64,000 nucleotides of DNA from an uncultured Caulobacter sp. (GCA_966211605.1 CBIHOB010000010.1:12249-76248); one strand, 5' to 3'; shown: positions 9,772 through 22,752, counted from the stretch's first letter. Notes: generated by a model not told the origin, from the sequence alone. Made by a program: numbers and translations.

Positions 9772-11304
9772 GTGCAGCATATTCTCGAGGAACTCGACCG
9801 TCGTCGCGAGCAGGCCAAGGCCGGCGGCGGCGAGAAACGGGTCGCCGCCCAGCACGCCAAGGGCAAGCTGACCGCCCGCGAGCGTATCGACCTGTTGCTG
9901 GACGAGGGCTCGTTCGAGGAGTTCGACATGTTCGTCGAGCACCGCTGCGCCGACTTCGGCATGGAGACCCAGAAGGTCCCCGGCGATGGGGTCGTCACCG
10001 GCTGGGGCACCATCAACGGCAAGGTGGTCTACGTCTTCTCTAAGGATTTCACGGTGTTCGGCGGCAGCCTGTCGAACGCCCACGCCCAGAAGATCGTCAA
10101 GGTCCAGCGCCAGGCCATGAAGGTCGGCGCGCCGATCATCGGCCTGTTCGACGCAGGCGGCGCCCGCATCCAGGAGGGTGTCGACAGCTTGGCCGGCTAT
10201 GCCGACATCTTCCTCGAGAATACCCTGGCCAGCGGTGTCATCCCGCAGATCAGCGTGATCATGGGCCCCTGCGCCGGCGGCGACGTCTATTCGCCGGCAA
10301 TCACCGACTTCATCTTCATGGTCAAGGATACGAGCTACATGTTCGTGACCGGCCCGGACGTGGTGAAGACCGTCACCAACGAGGTGGTCACCGCCGAGGA
10401 GCTGGGCGGTGCGCGCGTCCACGCCGCCAAGTCCGGCGTCGCCGAGGGCGCGTTCGAGAACGACCTCGAAGCCCTGACCCAGGTGCGCCGGCTGATCGAT
10501 TTCCTGCCGTCGTCCAATCGCGAACCGGCCCCCGAGCGCGAGAGCTTCGATGCGGCCTATCGTGAAGAAGCCAGCCTGGACACCCTGATCCCGGCCGACC
10601 CGACCAAGCCCTACGACATGAAGGAGCTGATCCTGAAGGTGGTCGACGAAGCCGACTTCTTCGAGATCAGCAGCGAGTGGGCCAAGAACATCATCTGCGG
10701 CTTCGCGCGGATGGACGGCGAGACGGTCGGGGTGGTGGCTAACCAGCCCCAGGTGCTGGCCGGGGTGCTGGACATCGACAGCAGCCGAAAGGCCGCCCGC
10801 TTCGTGCGCTTCTGCGACGCCTTCAACATCCCGATCATCACCCTGGTCGACGTGCCGGGCTTCATGCCGGGCACCAAGCAGGAGTACGGCGGCCTGATCA
10901 AGCACGGGGCCAAGCTCTTGTTCGCCTATGCCGAGGCCACGGTGCCGAAGATCACGGTGATCACCCGCAAGGCTTATGGCGGGGCCTATGACGTGATGAG
11001 CTCCAAGCACCTGCGCGGAGACCTGAACTATGCCTGGCCGACCGCCGAGATCGCGGTGATGGGGGCCAAGGGGGCGGTGGAAATTATCTTCCGTCAGGAG
11101 GCCAAGGACCCCGAGGCCCTGGCCGTGCGCGAGGCCGAATACAAGGACCGCTTCGCCAACCCGTTCGTCGCCGCTCAGCGCGGCTATGTCGACGACGTGA
11201 TCATGCCGCACGGCACGCGTCGGCGGATCGTGCGGGGGCTCAAGAGCCTGAAGGGGAAGGAATTGTCCAACCCCTGGAAGAAGCACGACAACATTCCGCT
11301 CTAA
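9772..11304 (+). CDS. pccB: Acyl-CoA (propionyl-CoA) carboxylase, carboxyltransferase beta subunit
   Basis: 510 aa from GTG 9772 ([39 protein letters not shown]...). Two carboxyltransferase domains are present, and the GGAYDVM...[11 protein letters not shown] motifs are typical of PccB. Confidence 0.88.
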   Translation: MQHILEELDRRREQAKAGGGEKRVAAQHAKGKLTARERIDLLLDEGSFEEFDMFVEHRCADFGMETQKVPGDGVVTGWGTINGKVVYVFSKDFTVFGGSLSNAHAQKIVKVQRQAMKVGAPIIGLFDAGGARIQEGVDSLAGYADIFLENTLASGVIPQISVIMGPCAGGDVYSPAITDFIFMVKDTSYMFVTGPDVVKTVTNEVVTAEELGGARVHAAKSGVAEGAFENDLEALTQVRRLIDFLPSSNREPAPERESFDAAYREEASLDTLIPADPTKPYDMKELILKVVDEADFFEISSEWAKNIICGFARMDGETVGVVANQPQVLAGVLDIDSSRKAARFVRFCDAFNIPIITLVDVPGFMPGTKQEYGGLIKHGAKLLFAYAEATVPKITVITRKAYGGAYDVMSSKHLRGDLNYAWPTAEIAVMGAKGAVEIIFRQEAKDPEALAVREAEYKDRFANPFVAAQRGYVDDVIMPHGTRRRIVRGLKSLKGKELSNPWKKHDNIPL

Positions 11305-11334
11305 GTCGGTTATCTGCTTCCCCCGCTGGGTGGG

Positions 11335-11440
11335 CTGTCGGCGACGCCGATAGAGGGGGGCGTCGCCGGCCTATGCCGGGCTGCCCCTCCTGCCCTCTGG
11401 GCCGCCTCTCCCAGAAGGGGAGGAGAGAGAGGTTGCGCCA
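11335..11440. repeat. REP-like intergenic palindromic element
   Basis: A perfect 9-bp-arm hairpin GGCGACGCC-N10-GGCGTCGCC lies at 11340-11367. It is followed by a CTCCC/GGGAG hairpin unit around 11405-11428. This unit resembles the CTTCTCCCG..CGGGAGA units at 34815-34960. Confidence 0.5.
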
Positions 11441-11520
11441 AACCTTTCCCTCGCCGCCCGAGCCTTCTATATGCGGACGCTTCTTCGCCTCCGTTCGACT
11501 CCCCGAAAGGCCGCGCCCGC

Positions 11521-13230
11521 ATGGCTCGCATCCTGATCACCTCGGCCCTGCCGTACATCAACGGCATCAAGCACCTGGGCAATCTGGCGGGGTCGATGCT
11601 GCCGGCGGACGTCTATGCTCGTTTCAAGCGGGCCCAAGGCCACGAGACCCTCTACATCTGCGCCACCGATGAGCATGGTACGCCCGCCGAACTGGCCGCC
11701 GCGGCCGCCGGCCAGGACGTCGCCACCTACTGCGCCGAGCAGCACGTGCTGCAGCATGATGTTGGCCGGGCCTTCGGCCTGTCATGGGACCATTTCGGCC
11801 GCTCGTCCTCGCCGCAGAACCACCGCCTGACCCAGCACTTCTGCCAGGCCCTGGAGGACCACGGCCTTATCGAGGAACGCGTCGACCAGATGGTCTATTC
11901 CATCGACGACAAGCGCTTCCTGCCCGATCGCTATGTCGAAGGGACCTGCCCGCACTGCGGCTTCGAGAAGGCGCGCGGCGACCAGTGCGACAACTGCGGC
12001 AACCTGCTGGATCCGACCGACCTGAAGGATCCCTATTCGGTGATCTCGGGCTCGCGGAACATCGAGGTGCGCGACACCCGCCACCTGTACCTTCTGCAGA
12101 CCAAGATGCAGGACAAGATCCGCGCCTGGGTCGACAGCCACGGCGACTGGCCGCAACTGGCCCGCTCGATCGCCTACAAGCACCTGGACGAAGGCCTGAT
12201 CAATCGCGGCATCACCCGCGACCTGTCCTGGGGTATCCCGGTGGCCAAGGACGGAATTCCGCGCCCGGGCTTCGAGGACAAGGTCTTCTACGTCTGGTTC
12301 GACGCGCCGATCGAGTACATCGCCGCCACGCAAGAGTGGGCCGAGGGCTCGCCCGACCGCGACTGGAAGCGCTGGTGGCGTACCGACGCGGGCGCCGAAG
12401 ACGTCCGCTATGTCCAGTTCATGGGCAAGGACAACGTCGCGTTCCACACGGTCAGCTTCCCCGCGACGATCCTGGGTTCGGAAGAGCCTTGGAAGAGCGT
12501 CGACATGCTCAAGGCCTTCAACTGGCTGAACTGGTACGGCGGCAAGTTCTCGACCTCGAACAAGCGCGGCGTGTTCATGGACGCGGCGCTGGAGATCCTG
12601 CCGCCTGATCTGTGGCGCTGGTATCTGACGGCCAACTCGCCGGAAGGCAGCGACACGGCCTTCACCTGGGAGCAGTTCGCCAGCGCCGTGAACCGCGACC
12701 TGGCCGACGTGCTGGGCAACTTCGTCAACCGCATCCTGAAGTTCAACGAAAGCAAGTTCGAGGGCGTGGTGCCGGCGGGCGGCGAGCCCGGCCCACTGGA
12801 AGAGAAGCTGTTCGCCGACGTCTCGGCGCGCCTGGCCGATCTGGCCGAGCAGATGGACGCCATCGAGATCCGTAAGAGCGCACAGGCGCTGCGGGCCCTA
12901 TGGGTGGTCGGCAACGAGTACCTGCAGGAGGCCGCCCCGTGGACCGCGATCAAGACCGATCGCGACCGCGCCGCCGTCATCGTCCGCACGGCCCTGAACC
13001 TCGCGGCCCTGTACGCCAAGATCTCGGCGCCGTTCATCCCGTTCGCGGCCGAGAAGATCGGCGAGGCCTTCAAGCTGGACTTTCCGGCGGAATGGCCGTC
13101 GAACGACGCCAAGGCCGAGTTGGACAAGCTGGCGGTCGGCAGCGCGGTGACCGTGCCGGACGTCCTGTTCAAGAAGATCGAGGACGACCAGATCGCCGAA
13201 TGGTCGGCCCGCTTCGGCGGCGCGGAGTAA
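11521..13230 (+). CDS. metG: Methionine--tRNA ligase
   Basis: 569 aa. The class I HIGH-type motif is [12 protein letters not shown], the zinc knuckle is CPHCG...CDNCG, and the KMSKS-type motif is KFSTSNKRG. Confidence 0.97.
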   Translation: MARILITSALPYINGIKHLGNLAGSMLPADVYARFKRAQGHETLYICATDEHGTPAELAAAAAGQDVATYCAEQHVLQHDVGRAFGLSWDHFGRSSSPQNHRLTQHFCQALEDHGLIEERVDQMVYSIDDKRFLPDRYVEGTCPHCGFEKARGDQCDNCGNLLDPTDLKDPYSVISGSRNIEVRDTRHLYLLQTKMQDKIRAWVDSHGDWPQLARSIAYKHLDEGLINRGITRDLSWGIPVAKDGIPRPGFEDKVFYVWFDAPIEYIAATQEWAEGSPDRDWKRWWRTDAGAEDVRYVQFMGKDNVAFHTVSFPATILGSEEPWKSVDMLKAFNWLNWYGGKFSTSNKRGVFMDAALEILPPDLWRWYLTANSPEGSDTAFTWEQFASAVNRDLADVLGNFVNRILKFNESKFEGVVPAGGEPGPLEEKLFADVSARLADLAEQMDAIEIRKSAQALRALWVVGNEYLQEAAPWTAIKTDRDRAAVIVRTALNLAALYAKISAPFIPFAAEKIGEAFKLDFPAEWPSNDAKAELDKLAVGSAVTVPDVLFKKIEDDQIAEWSARFGGAE

Positions 13231-13231
13231 C

Positions 13232-14431
13232 TTGGAACCGGGGGCGGACAAGTCGGAGGAGCAGGGGCTTCCGACCCTCGTCCGCCTCTGTCTGTTCTAC
13301 GCCGCGATCTATCTGAGTTCGGGCGTCAGCCTGCCCTATATCGGCACCTATCTGCGTTCGCGCGGCATGAGCGGCGGTGAGATCGGCCTGATCCTGGCCG
13401 TGCCGCTGCTGCTCAAACCCTTCACCGGCGCGGCGCTGGCGGTGTGGGCCGATGGCTTCACCCTGCGGCGCACCCCGATGGTGCTGCTGCTGGTCGGGGC
13501 CGGACTGGGCTATGCGGGCCTTCTGGCGACCTCGAACCTCTTGTGGCTGATCCTGGCCTGGTTCGTCGGCCAGACCCTGCTGTCGACCGTCTCGCCGCTG
13601 ATCGATGTGATCACCCTGCGCCGGGCGCGGCTCGAGAATTTCAACTACGGCATTCCGCGCGGCACAGGCTCGTCGGCCTTCATCGCCGCCAACCTGGCCA
13701 TGGGCGCGATCCTGACCTTCGTCGCCCCCGCGATCATCGCCATCTGGATCGCTGTCGCCTGCTTCGTCGGGGCCTTGGCCGCGGCCTTGGCCGTGCCGCC
13801 CGAGCGGGTCCACGCCGAAGGCGCCAAACCTGACCGAGCGGAGCGCTGGAAAGGGCTGGGCGACCTGCTCCGCAACCGGACCTTCGTCCTGGCGGTGGTC
13901 ACAGCAGGCCTGATCCAGGGGGCGCACGCCTTCTACTACGGCTTCTCGGCCATCCTCTGGCGCAAGCAGGGGATCAGCGAGCCGATGATCGGCGTCCTGT
14001 GGGGCGTGGGCGTCGCGGCCGAGGTTGGCTTCATGTGGTTCCTGGAGCCGCTGCGCCGCCGCTGGGGCCCGGAGCGGTTCCTGATCCTGGGCGCCACCGC
14101 CGCCGTGATCCGCTGGAGCTGCTATGCGTTCGCGCCGCCGCTGTGGGCGCTGTTCCCGCTGCAGGCCCTGCACGCTCTGACCTTCGCGGCCAGTTTTCTG
14201 GCCTCGCTGCGGCTGATCGAGAAGCTGGCCCCTGCGTCCGCCGCATCGCCTGCGCAAGCGATCAACTCGGCGCTGTCGTCGGGCTTCACGCTTGGGATCG
14301 CGACCCTGGCGTCGGGTCCGCTGTTCGACGCCCTGGGCGCGAAAGGCTATCTGGCCGTCGCCTTCATGGCCCTGCTGGGCCTGGGCGGCGCGATACTGCT
14401 ATCGCGCCGCGCCAGATATCAGATCGTGTAG
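13232..14431 (+). CDS. MFS transporter (MFS_1_like / HcaT-like)
   Basis: 399 aa with about 12 hydrophobic segments. The TTG start lies 2 nt after the metG stop. The 3' end overlaps the convergent cysNC gene by 13 nt. Confidence 0.8.
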   Translation: MEPGADKSEEQGLPTLVRLCLFYAAIYLSSGVSLPYIGTYLRSRGMSGGEIGLILAVPLLLKPFTGAALAVWADGFTLRRTPMVLLLVGAGLGYAGLLATSNLLWLILAWFVGQTLLSTVSPLIDVITLRRARLENFNYGIPRGTGSSAFIAANLAMGAILTFVAPAIIAIWIAVACFVGALAAALAVPPERVHAEGAKPDRAERWKGLGDLLRNRTFVLAVVTAGLIQGAHAFYYGFSAILWRKQGISEPMIGVLWGVGVAAEVGFMWFLEPLRRRWGPERFLILGATAAVIRWSCYAFAPPLWALFPLQALHALTFAASFLASLRLIEKLAPASAASPAQAINSALSSGFTLGIATLASGPLFDALGAKGYLAVAFMALLGLGGAILLSRRARYQIV

Positions 14432-16326
14432 TCGATCTCCTGGCCCTCCAGCCAGGCGACGATCCGCTCGGCCGCTTCCACCGGATCGATCGCGGTGGTG
14501 TCGATCCGCAGCTCCGGCGTCTCGGGCGCCTCATACGGGCTGTCGACGCCCGTGAAGTTCTTCAGTTGTCCCGAACGGGCCTTCTTGTAGAGGCCCTTCA
14601 CGTCGCGGGCCTCGGCCACCGCCAGGGGCGTGTCGACGAAGACCTCGATGAACTCGCCGGGCTCCAGGATGTCGCGCGCCAACTGGCGCTCGGCTCGGAA
14701 CGGCGAGATGAAGGCGGTCAGCACGATCAGGCCGGCGTCGACCATCAGCTTGGCGACCTCGGCCACCCGGCGAATGTTCTCGACGCGGTCCTCCTCAGTG
14801 AAGCCGAGGTCCTTGTTCAGGCCGTGGCGGACGTTGTCGCCGTCCAGCAGATAGGTGTGGCGGCCAAGGGCGTGCAGGCGCTTTTCGACCAGGTTGGCGA
14901 TGGTCGACTTGCCCGCGCCCGACAGGCCCGTCAGCCAGACGACTTGGCCGCGCTGGCTCTTCAGCGCCGCCCGCGAGGCCTTGCTGACATCGGTGTGCTG
15001 CCAGTGGATGTTGTCGGCCCGCCGCAAGGCGAAGTTCAGCAGGCCCGCGCCGACCGTCCGGTTGGACAGCCGGTCGATCAGGATGAAGCCGCCCATCTGG
15101 CGGTTGTCGGCATAGGCCTCGAACGGGATGGCCTGGTCGAGAGACAGGTTGCAGACCCCGATCTCGTTCAGTTCCAGGCGCTTGGCGGCCGTATGCTCCA
15201 GCGTGTTGACGTTCACGCGGTGCTTGATGTCGGTGATGCTGGCGCTGACCGTGCGCGCGCCCAGCTTCAGGAGATAGGTGCGGCCAGGGGGGAGGGGCTC
15301 GTCGTCCATCCAGACGACGGTGGCCTCGAACTGGTTGGCCACGGGCGCTGGCGCGTCGGCGGCGGCGATGACGTCGCCGCGCGAGATGTCGATCTCGTCT
15401 TCCAGGGTCAGCGTCACCGACTGGCCGGCGACGGCGTGGTCGAGGTCACCAGGCAGGGTGACGATGCGGGCCACGCGGCTTTCGCGGCCCGAGGGCAGGG
15501 CCCGGATCCGGTCGCCCGGCTTGATGGTCCCCGAGGCGATCAGGCCCGAGAAACCCCGGAAGTCGAGGTTCGGACGATTGACCCACTGCACCGGCATGCG
15601 GAACGGCTTGGCCTGCAGGTCGTCCTCCACCTCGACGCCCTCCAGCCAGTCCATCAGGATCGGGCCGTCGAACCAGGGCGCGGCTTCGCTGCGCGTGGCG
15701 ATGTTGTCGCCGCCCAGGCCCGAGATCGGGATGGGCGTGAAGATCTTCAGGCCGATCCGCTCGGCGAAGGCGCCGTAGTCGGCGACGATGGTGTCGAAGA
15801 CCGCCTGGTCCCATCCGACCAGGTCCATCTTGTTCACCGCCAGGATCACGTGGCGGATGCCCAGCAGGGAGACCAGGTAGCTGTGTCGGCGCGTCTGGGT
15901 CAGGACGCCCTTGCGCGCGTCGATCAGGATCACGGCCGCGTCGGCGGTCGAGGCGCCGGTGACCATGTTGCGCGTGTACTGCTCGTGGCCGGGGGTGTCG
16001 GCGACGATGAACTTGCGCTTCTCGGTCGAGAAGAACCGGTAGGCGACGTCGATGGTGATGCCTTGCTCGCGCTCGGCGGCCAGGCCATCGACCAAGAGCG
16101 CGAAGTCGATCGCGCCGCCCTGGGTGCCGACCTTCTTGCTGTCGGCTTCGAGGGCCGCCAGCTGGTCCTCGAAGATCATCTTGCTGTCGTACAGCAGGCG
16201 GCCGATCAGGGTGGACTTGCCGTCGTCGACGCTGCCGCAGGTGATGAAGCGCAGCAGCGACTTGTGCTGGTGCTGGTGCAGATAGGCGTCGATGTCCTCG
16301 GCGATCAGGGCGGACTGGTGGGCCAT
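14419..16326 (-). CDS. cysNC: Bifunctional sulfate adenylyltransferase subunit 1 / adenylylsulfate kinase (CysN-CysC fusion)
   Basis: 635 aa. The N-terminal GTPase has [17 protein letters not shown] and NKMD motifs. The C-terminal APS kinase has the P-loop [11 protein letters not shown]. Confidence 0.95.
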   Translation of the reverse strand: MAHQSALIAEDIDAYLHQHQHKSLLRFITCGSVDDGKSTLIGRLLYDSKMIFEDQLAALEADSKKVGTQGGAIDFALLVDGLAAEREQGITIDVAYRFFSTEKRKFIVADTPGHEQYTRNMVTGASTADAAVILIDARKGVLTQTRRHSYLVSLLGIRHVILAVNKMDLVGWDQAVFDTIVADYGAFAERIGLKIFTPIPISGLGGDNIATRSEAAPWFDGPILMDWLEGVEVEDDLQAKPFRMPVQWVNRPNLDFRGFSGLIASGTIKPGDRIRALPSGRESRVARIVTLPGDLDHAVAGQSVTLTLEDEIDISRGDVIAAADAPAPVANQFEATVVWMDDEPLPPGRTYLLKLGARTVSASITDIKHRVNVNTLEHTAAKRLELNEIGVCNLSLDQAIPFEAYADNRQMGGFILIDRLSNRTVGAGLLNFALRRADNIHWQHTDVSKASRAALKSQRGQVVWLTGLSGAGKSTIANLVEKRLHALGRHTYLLDGDNVRHGLNKDLGFTEEDRVENIRRVAEVAKLMVDAGLIVLTAFISPFRAERQLARDILEPGEFIEVFVDTPLAVAEARDVKGLYKKARSGQLKNFTGVDSPYEAPETPELRIDTTAIDPVEAAERIVAWLEGQEIDYTI

Positions 16327-16327
16327 C

Positions 16328-17263
16328 TCAGAAGTACCCTTCCTGCTTCTTCTTCTCCATCGAGGCGGACTGGTCGTGGTCGATGACCCGGCCCTGGCGC
16401 TCCGACGTCGTGGTCAGCAGCATTTCCTGGATGACCTGGGGGAGGGTGGCGGCGGTGCTCTCGACGGCGCCGGTCAGCGGATAGCAGCCCAGGGTGCGGA
16501 AGCGGACGCTCTTCATCTGCGGGACTTCGCCGTCGCGCAGGCGGAAGCGCTCATCGTCGACCATGATCAGCGCCCCGTCGCGCTCGACGACCGGCCGCTC
16601 GGCCGCGAAGTACAGCGGCACGATCGGGATGTTCTCCAGGTGGATGTACTGCCAGACGTCCAGCTCGGTCCAATTGGAGATCGGGAAGACACGCAGGCTT
16701 TCGCCGGGATGCTTGCGGGTGTTGTAGAGGTTCCACAGCTCGGGGCGCTGGTTCTTGGGGTCCCAGCGATGTTCGGATGAGCGGAACGAGAAGACGCGCT
16801 CTTTGGCCCGGCTTTTCTCCTCGTCGCGGCGGGCGCCGCCAAAGGCCGCGTCGAAGCCGTACTTCGACAGGGCCTGCTTCAGGCCCTCGGTCTTCCAGAG
16901 ATCGGTGTGCAGGGCGCTGCCGTGGTCGAACGGATTGATCCCGCGCGCCTCGGCGTCGGGGTTCTTGTGGACGATCAGGTCGAAGCCCAGCTCGGACGCC
17001 ACCTTGTCGCGCAGCGCATACATGTCCCGGAACTTCCAGGTCGTGTCGACGTGCAGCAGGGGGAAGGGCGGCTTGCTGGGATAGAAGGCCTTGGCGGCCA
17101 GGTGCAGCATCACCGCGCTGTCCTTGCCGATCGAATACAGCATGACCGGGCGTTCGCACTCGGCAGCCACTTCCCGCAGGATGTGGATGCTCTCGGCCTC
17201 CAGGCGCTGGAGGTGCGTCAGGCGGGCCGGCGAGATCGCGGCCTTAGCGAGATCTGGCGTCAT
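16328..17263 (-). CDS. cysD: Sulfate adenylyltransferase subunit 2
   Basis: ATG at 17263 ([32 protein letters not shown]...) gives 311 aa. The PAPS-reductase-fold motif is [11 protein letters not shown] rejected the tracked ORF extension to 17716 because it has no homology and is low-complexity. Confidence 0.93.
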   Translation of the reverse strand: MTPDLAKAAISPARLTHLQRLEAESIHILREVAAECERPVMLYSIGKDSAVMLHLAAKAFYPSKPPFPLLHVDTTWKFRDMYALRDKVASELGFDLIVHKNPDAEARGINPFDHGSALHTDLWKTEGLKQALSKYGFDAAFGGARRDEEKSRAKERVFSFRSSEHRWDPKNQRPELWNLYNTRKHPGESLRVFPISNWTELDVWQYIHLENIPIVPLYFAAERPVVERDGALIMVDDERFRLRDGEVPQMKSVRFRTLGCYPLTGAVESTAATLPQVIQEMLLTTTSERQGRVIDHDQSASMEKKKQEGYF

Positions 17264-17540
17264 CGGTTCCGGCGAGTACGCGGCGGGTGCGAAACGGGTA
17301 AGGGCCAAGGCGAAGATCCGCAAAGGGAAAATGTCCGGGCTCGTCTCGTCGAGAAGGGCGCCGAATTTATGCTGCGACCTATGCCCGACGGCGACAGACG
17401 ACAACCGCCGGAAATCTGGGGGCGCTGTCAGTTGGCTTGGCGCCGCATTCGGAAAGCTCAAGCCATACATGACCAAAAGTTCACTCGCGCCAGCCGCGCG
17501 AGTCTCGCATAACGACGCTATCGGATTCCCGAGGTGGGCT

Positions 17541-17747
17541 ATGGGCTTCCTGACGGAAATGTTGGCTGTGGCGGTCGTCTGGCTGTCCTCGTTCGCGCTG
17601 TGCCAGTTCGGCGTGGCGGTCGAGCAGGCGTGTCCGCACGCCAAGAGCCAGCAGCACAAAACCGTCGCGCGCTCGCCGCGCGGCCTGGCCGGCAAGCCCA
17701 TGCCGGTTGCGGCCAACGCCCCCGCGACTGCTCCGCGCGAGGCCTGA
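17541..17747 (+). CDS. Possible small single-pass membrane protein (68 aa)
   Basis: The ATG is preceded by GAGG 8 nt upstream. The product is [33 protein letters not shown]..., with one TM helix. Hand-counted third-position GC is close to 90%, like genuine genes in this window. I recognise no homology. Confidence 0.4.
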   Translation: MGFLTEMLAVAVVWLSSFALCQFGVAVEQACPHAKSQQHKTVARSPRGLAGKPMPVAANAPATAPREA

Positions 17748-17903
17748 AGGCGCGCTTAGGGGCCGCAACCCTTGCCCACACAAGCAAAGTCGCTTTTCGC
17801 CAAGGCTTTTCGCCGTTAGGTTCATGTGACACGCGAAGGAGGGGTCCGGCGCGCGAAGGCTGTCTCTGCGCCCCTCTCCGACGTTCTGGGACCGTGGCTG
17901 TGT

Positions 17904-20597
17904 ATGAAGCCTAAGAAGCGCCAACCGCTCGATTTCTCCGCGACGCCGCCGGAGCCGCCTTCTCAGGAAACAAGGGCCGAGGAGATCGCGCCCGAGGAAG
18001 CCGCGGTCACGCCTGAGCTTCCTGAAGCTACATCGTTTTCCGAGCCCGAGGCGGAGATTCCGAGCGCCGAGCCTTTGAGCCTGCGCGAGACCTTGCACGA
18101 CGATCTGGCCGTGCCGCCGCCCAGCGCCGTGCGTTCGCGACGCCGCCGCGAGCCGCCGCCCGAGCCCGCGACCAGCTTCGCCGAACCCGAGCTGAAACCG
18201 GCGACATCGCTGGCGTTCGGCGTCCAGCCGCCAGCGCCGATCGTCGAGCGGGCGACGCCAGCCAAGGCCGAGGCGCGTGAGTCGTCGCTGAATCTGCGCG
18301 GCTCCGTGGACGAAACCCCGATCCCGCTGACCGCCGAGCCGGCGCCGCGCCGGATGTCCGGCGTGCTGTTCTGGACGATCGCGACCGCTGTCGCCGCCCT
18401 GTGGGCGCTGGCGCCGATCGCCTTCGCGCTCGGCTATGCCCGCGGCGTTCCAGCCTTCAAGGTCGAAGGCTTCGCCCTGCTTGTCTTTGCCGGCCTGGCC
18501 ATCGGCCCCGCGCTGCTGACCTTGCTGGGCGCCTATCTGCTGCGGCAGGCGACAGGCGTCGCCGACGAACTGCGTCGCACGCGGACCCTGACCGACCGCA
18601 TCGTCACGCCAGCCGCCCTGGCCGCCGTCGGCGCCTCCAGCGCGGCCGAGGCCATGCGTCAGGGCGTCGACGAGGCCGCCGCCGCCGCCCAGCGAGCCCG
18701 CGAGCACATCGTCTCGCTGCGCCAGGCGCTGGCCGAAGAGACCGCCCGCCTGGCCGAGGCCGCGGCGGAATCGGCCAAGATGGCCCATCAGCTAGCGCAG
18801 GGCCTCAGCCACGAACGCACCGCGATGGAGACCTTGTCGCAGTCGCTGGACGCCCGCTCCACGGCGGTGGTCGACGCGATCGGCAGCCAGGCCCGCATGG
18901 TGGCCGAGGCTTCCGACCTGGCTGAGACCCAGCTGCGCGAAGCCGAAGCCGCCCTGGCCGCCCGCGCCGCCGACCTTGCCGCCGCCGCCGCGGAGGCTTC
19001 CGACGCCGCCCGCGTCGGGGCCGAAGACCTTTCACGCCAGATCGCGCGCCTCGAGACCGCCGGCGCCGGCGTCGGCGACCAGGTCTCGGCGGTCGAGAAG
19101 AGTTTGGCCGCCCAGCGCGCCGCCCTGGTCGAGATCAGCCAGGCCCTGCGCTCGGAGCAGGAAGACTTCGCCGCCGAGGCCGAGACCCGCACCGCCCAGC
19201 TCACCGAATTCGTCGCCTATACCCGTGTCGGCGCGACCGAGCTGTCAGACACGGCCGCCATGGGCGCTGAGATCCTGCGCGGTCTGATCAGCGCGGCCGC
19301 CGAGCAGTTCCGCGAGATGGGTGACAACGCCACGGCCCAGCGTGAAGCCTTCGCCGACACCGCCAAGAAGACGCTGGAGACGATCGGCGACGCCGCCGAG
19401 CAGCAGCGAACCTTGTTGGAGGAAGAGCTGAAAGCCGCCATGGAGGCCATGGCCGAGGCGGCGCTGAAAGCCGCCGACAGCGTCGAGGCCCGGGTTGAGG
19501 CCGCCCGCAGCCGTGTCGATCAGCTGAACGAGATCGCCTTCGCCGCCGGTCAGAAGGCGGACGCGGTCTTTGAGTCCCGCATGGAGGAGGCGCGCGACAT
19601 CATCGAGCACTCCGCCCAGATGGTCGAACAGGCGGGGGCCCGCACCTCGCAGAAGCTGGCCGACTCAGTCCAGGCCGCGCGCGGCACGCTGGACGAGCTG
19701 GAGAACATGCTGGCCGAGATCGGCAAGCGCACCGCAGAGCTGCCGTCCGAGGCCCTGCAGAAGGCCGCCGAGGTCCGGGTTTCGATCGAGCAGGGCGTCG
19801 AGCAACTGATGAACGCCGTGCGCCGCACCGCCGAGGAGACGGCCGCGATCGACCAAGCCTTCCAGGAGCGCGTGCGTCGCAACTACGAGATGCTGAGCGA
19901 GGCGGCCGGCGCCGTCACCGCGTCCAGCGCATCGACCGTGGCCGCCCGCGCGGCTCCGACGACCGCGCCGCCAGCCCGGAGCCGCGCCGCCGCCCCGCCG
20001 CCGGTCGCTCCTCCGCCTCAGGCCCTGCCGACGATCGACTTCGACGACGAAGACGAGCCGCCGACCGACCGTCGCCGCCTTCGCCTCACGCCGACGGCCA
20101 CCGACGAGGAGTTCCGTTCGGTGTTCGAGCAGGCTTCCAGCCGCAAGCAGACCGGCGCGCCGCCGCCTGAGCCGGATGGCGAGGGGGGCTGGAGCTGGCG
20201 CAATCTGCTGGCCGGCATCGAGAGCAGCACCCCGGGCGACGCCGCCCTCGGCGAAAAGCTGGCGGCCGAAATCGTCGCCATGGGCATCGATCCCCACGCG
20301 CTGCTGCCGCGGGGGCGTATCGACGAGATCGCCGCCGCCTTGCAGACCCGCGACGCTTCCGGAGCTCGAGAGGTGGTCAAGCGCCTGGCGCCGGCCGCCA
20401 TCCGCCGCCTGGTCCGCCGCCTGTTCTCGGACGCCACGCTGAAGGGCAACACCGAGCGGTTCCTGGCGCGTTACGCCGGCATGATCGAAGAGGCGGCCGG
20501 CCAGGATCGCGAGGGGTTCCTGCTGGCGGCGCTGCTGTCGTCGGACGCGGGCCGCGCCTACCTGTTGCTCGACGCGGCCAGCGGCGATCTTCGCTAG
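17904..20597 (+). CDS. tipN: TipN-like polarity landmark protein: two N-terminal TM helices followed by a roughly 650-aa Ala/Glu-rich coiled-coil
   Basis: 897 aa from ATG 17904 (the tracked GTG 17826 is possible). The two TM segments are VLFWTIATAVAALWALAPIAFALGY and FALLVFAGLAIGPALLTLLGAYLL. Long heptad-like A/E/R/Q-rich repeats follow. The architecture, the size and my recollection of the gene order from tipN to ppc in C. crescentus all fit. Not verified by search. Confidence 0.5.
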   Translation: MKPKKRQPLDFSATPPEPPSQETRAEEIAPEEAAVTPELPEATSFSEPEAEIPSAEPLSLRETLHDDLAVPPPSAVRSRRRREPPPEPATSFAEPELKPATSLAFGVQPPAPIVERATPAKAEARESSLNLRGSVDETPIPLTAEPAPRRMSGVLFWTIATAVAALWALAPIAFALGYARGVPAFKVEGFALLVFAGLAIGPALLTLLGAYLLRQATGVADELRRTRTLTDRIVTPAALAAVGASSAAEAMRQGVDEAAAAAQRAREHIVSLRQALAEETARLAEAAAESAKMAHQLAQGLSHERTAMETLSQSLDARSTAVVDAIGSQARMVAEASDLAETQLREAEAALAARAADLAAAAAEASDAARVGAEDLSRQIARLETAGAGVGDQVSAVEKSLAAQRAALVEISQALRSEQEDFAAEAETRTAQLTEFVAYTRVGATELSDTAAMGAEILRGLISAAAEQFREMGDNATAQREAFADTAKKTLETIGDAAEQQRTLLEEELKAAMEAMAEAALKAADSVEARVEAARSRVDQLNEIAFAAGQKADAVFESRMEEARDIIEHSAQMVEQAGARTSQKLADSVQAARGTLDELENMLAEIGKRTAELPSEALQKAAEVRVSIEQGVEQLMNAVRRTAEETAAIDQAFQERVRRNYEMLSEAAGAVTASSASTVAARAAPTTAPPARSRAAAPPPVAPPPQALPTIDFDDEDEPPTDRRRLRLTPTATDEEFRSVFEQASSRKQTGAPPPEPDGEGGWSWRNLLAGIESSTPGDAALGEKLAAEIVAMGIDPHALLPRGRIDEIAAALQTRDASGAREVVKRLAPAAIRRLVRRLFSDATLKGNTERFLARYAGMIEEAAGQDREGFLLAALLSSDAGRAYLLLDAASGDLR

Positions 20598-20607
20598 GCG
20601 ACCTTGA

Positions 20608-21168
20608 GTGAAACGCGCCTTCGACTTCCTGGCGGCGGCGGTCGGCCTGATCGTGCTGGCTGTCCCGCTGGTCGGGCTGTGGGCGCTGGTGCGCCTGACC
20701 TCGCCGGGGCCGGGTCTCTATTGGTCGCAGCGGGTGGGGAAGGGGTCGGCGCTCTTTCCGATGCCCAAGTTTCGCACCATGCGGATCGACACGCCCGAGG
20801 TGGCCACGCACCTGCTGGAAGACCCGGACCGCTGGCTGACGCCGGTGGGCCCGCTGATGCGCAAGCTCAGCCTGGACGAGCTGCCGCAGTTGTGGAGCGT
20901 GCTGGTTGGCCACATGAGCCTGGTCGGGCCGCGGCCGGCGCTGTTCAATCAGGACGATCTGGTCGCCGCGCGGAAGGCCGCGGGGGTGGATGTCCTGCGC
21001 CCCGGTGTCACGGGCTGGGCGCAGATCAACGGCCGCGATGAACTGGCCATTCCGGACAAGGTGGCGCTGGACGCCGACTATCTGCGCCGGCGCTCGTTCC
21101 TGTTCGATCTGAAGATCCTGGTCAGCACCGTCGTGCCGGTGCTGACCGCGAGGGGCGTGACCCGCTAG
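20608..21168 (+). CDS. Small monotopic sugar-phosphate transferase (bacterial sugar transferase family, PglC/WbaP C-terminal type)
   Basis: 186 aa. There is one N-terminal re-entrant helix. The conserved motifs are KFRTM, LDELPQL, SLVGPRP and GxTGWAQ. Confidence 0.88.
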   Translation: MKRAFDFLAAAVGLIVLAVPLVGLWALVRLTSPGPGLYWSQRVGKGSALFPMPKFRTMRIDTPEVATHLLEDPDRWLTPVGPLMRKLSLDELPQLWSVLVGHMSLVGPRPALFNQDDLVAARKAAGVDVLRPGVTGWAQINGRDELAIPDKVALDADYLRRRSFLFDLKILVSTVVPVLTARGVTR

Positions 21169-21202
21169 GCTCCAAATCATCCCGCACGCGGGACGGCGAA
21201 AC

Positions 21203-22651
<1,449 letters not shown>

Positions 22652-22752
22652 GGGAGCATGCCTGGGGTTGCGTAGCGGAAGGAACGTCGGACTACATGCT
22701 GTAGTCTGACAAGTCTGGCAATTGGCCTGACCATTTTGGGTGGGGCCTTTTT

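Noticed and set aside
16328-17716. 5'-extended versions of real genes in the ORF track, for example cysD to 17716, the reductase gene 21203..23854, otsB to 57378, rluC from 4629, pip from 35758, ppc from 28883 and the antiporter from 40345
   Set aside because: The extensions overlap neighbouring genes or consist of low-complexity sequence. Internal start codons give proteins of canonical length that begin at conserved N-termini, often with an SD-like sequence.
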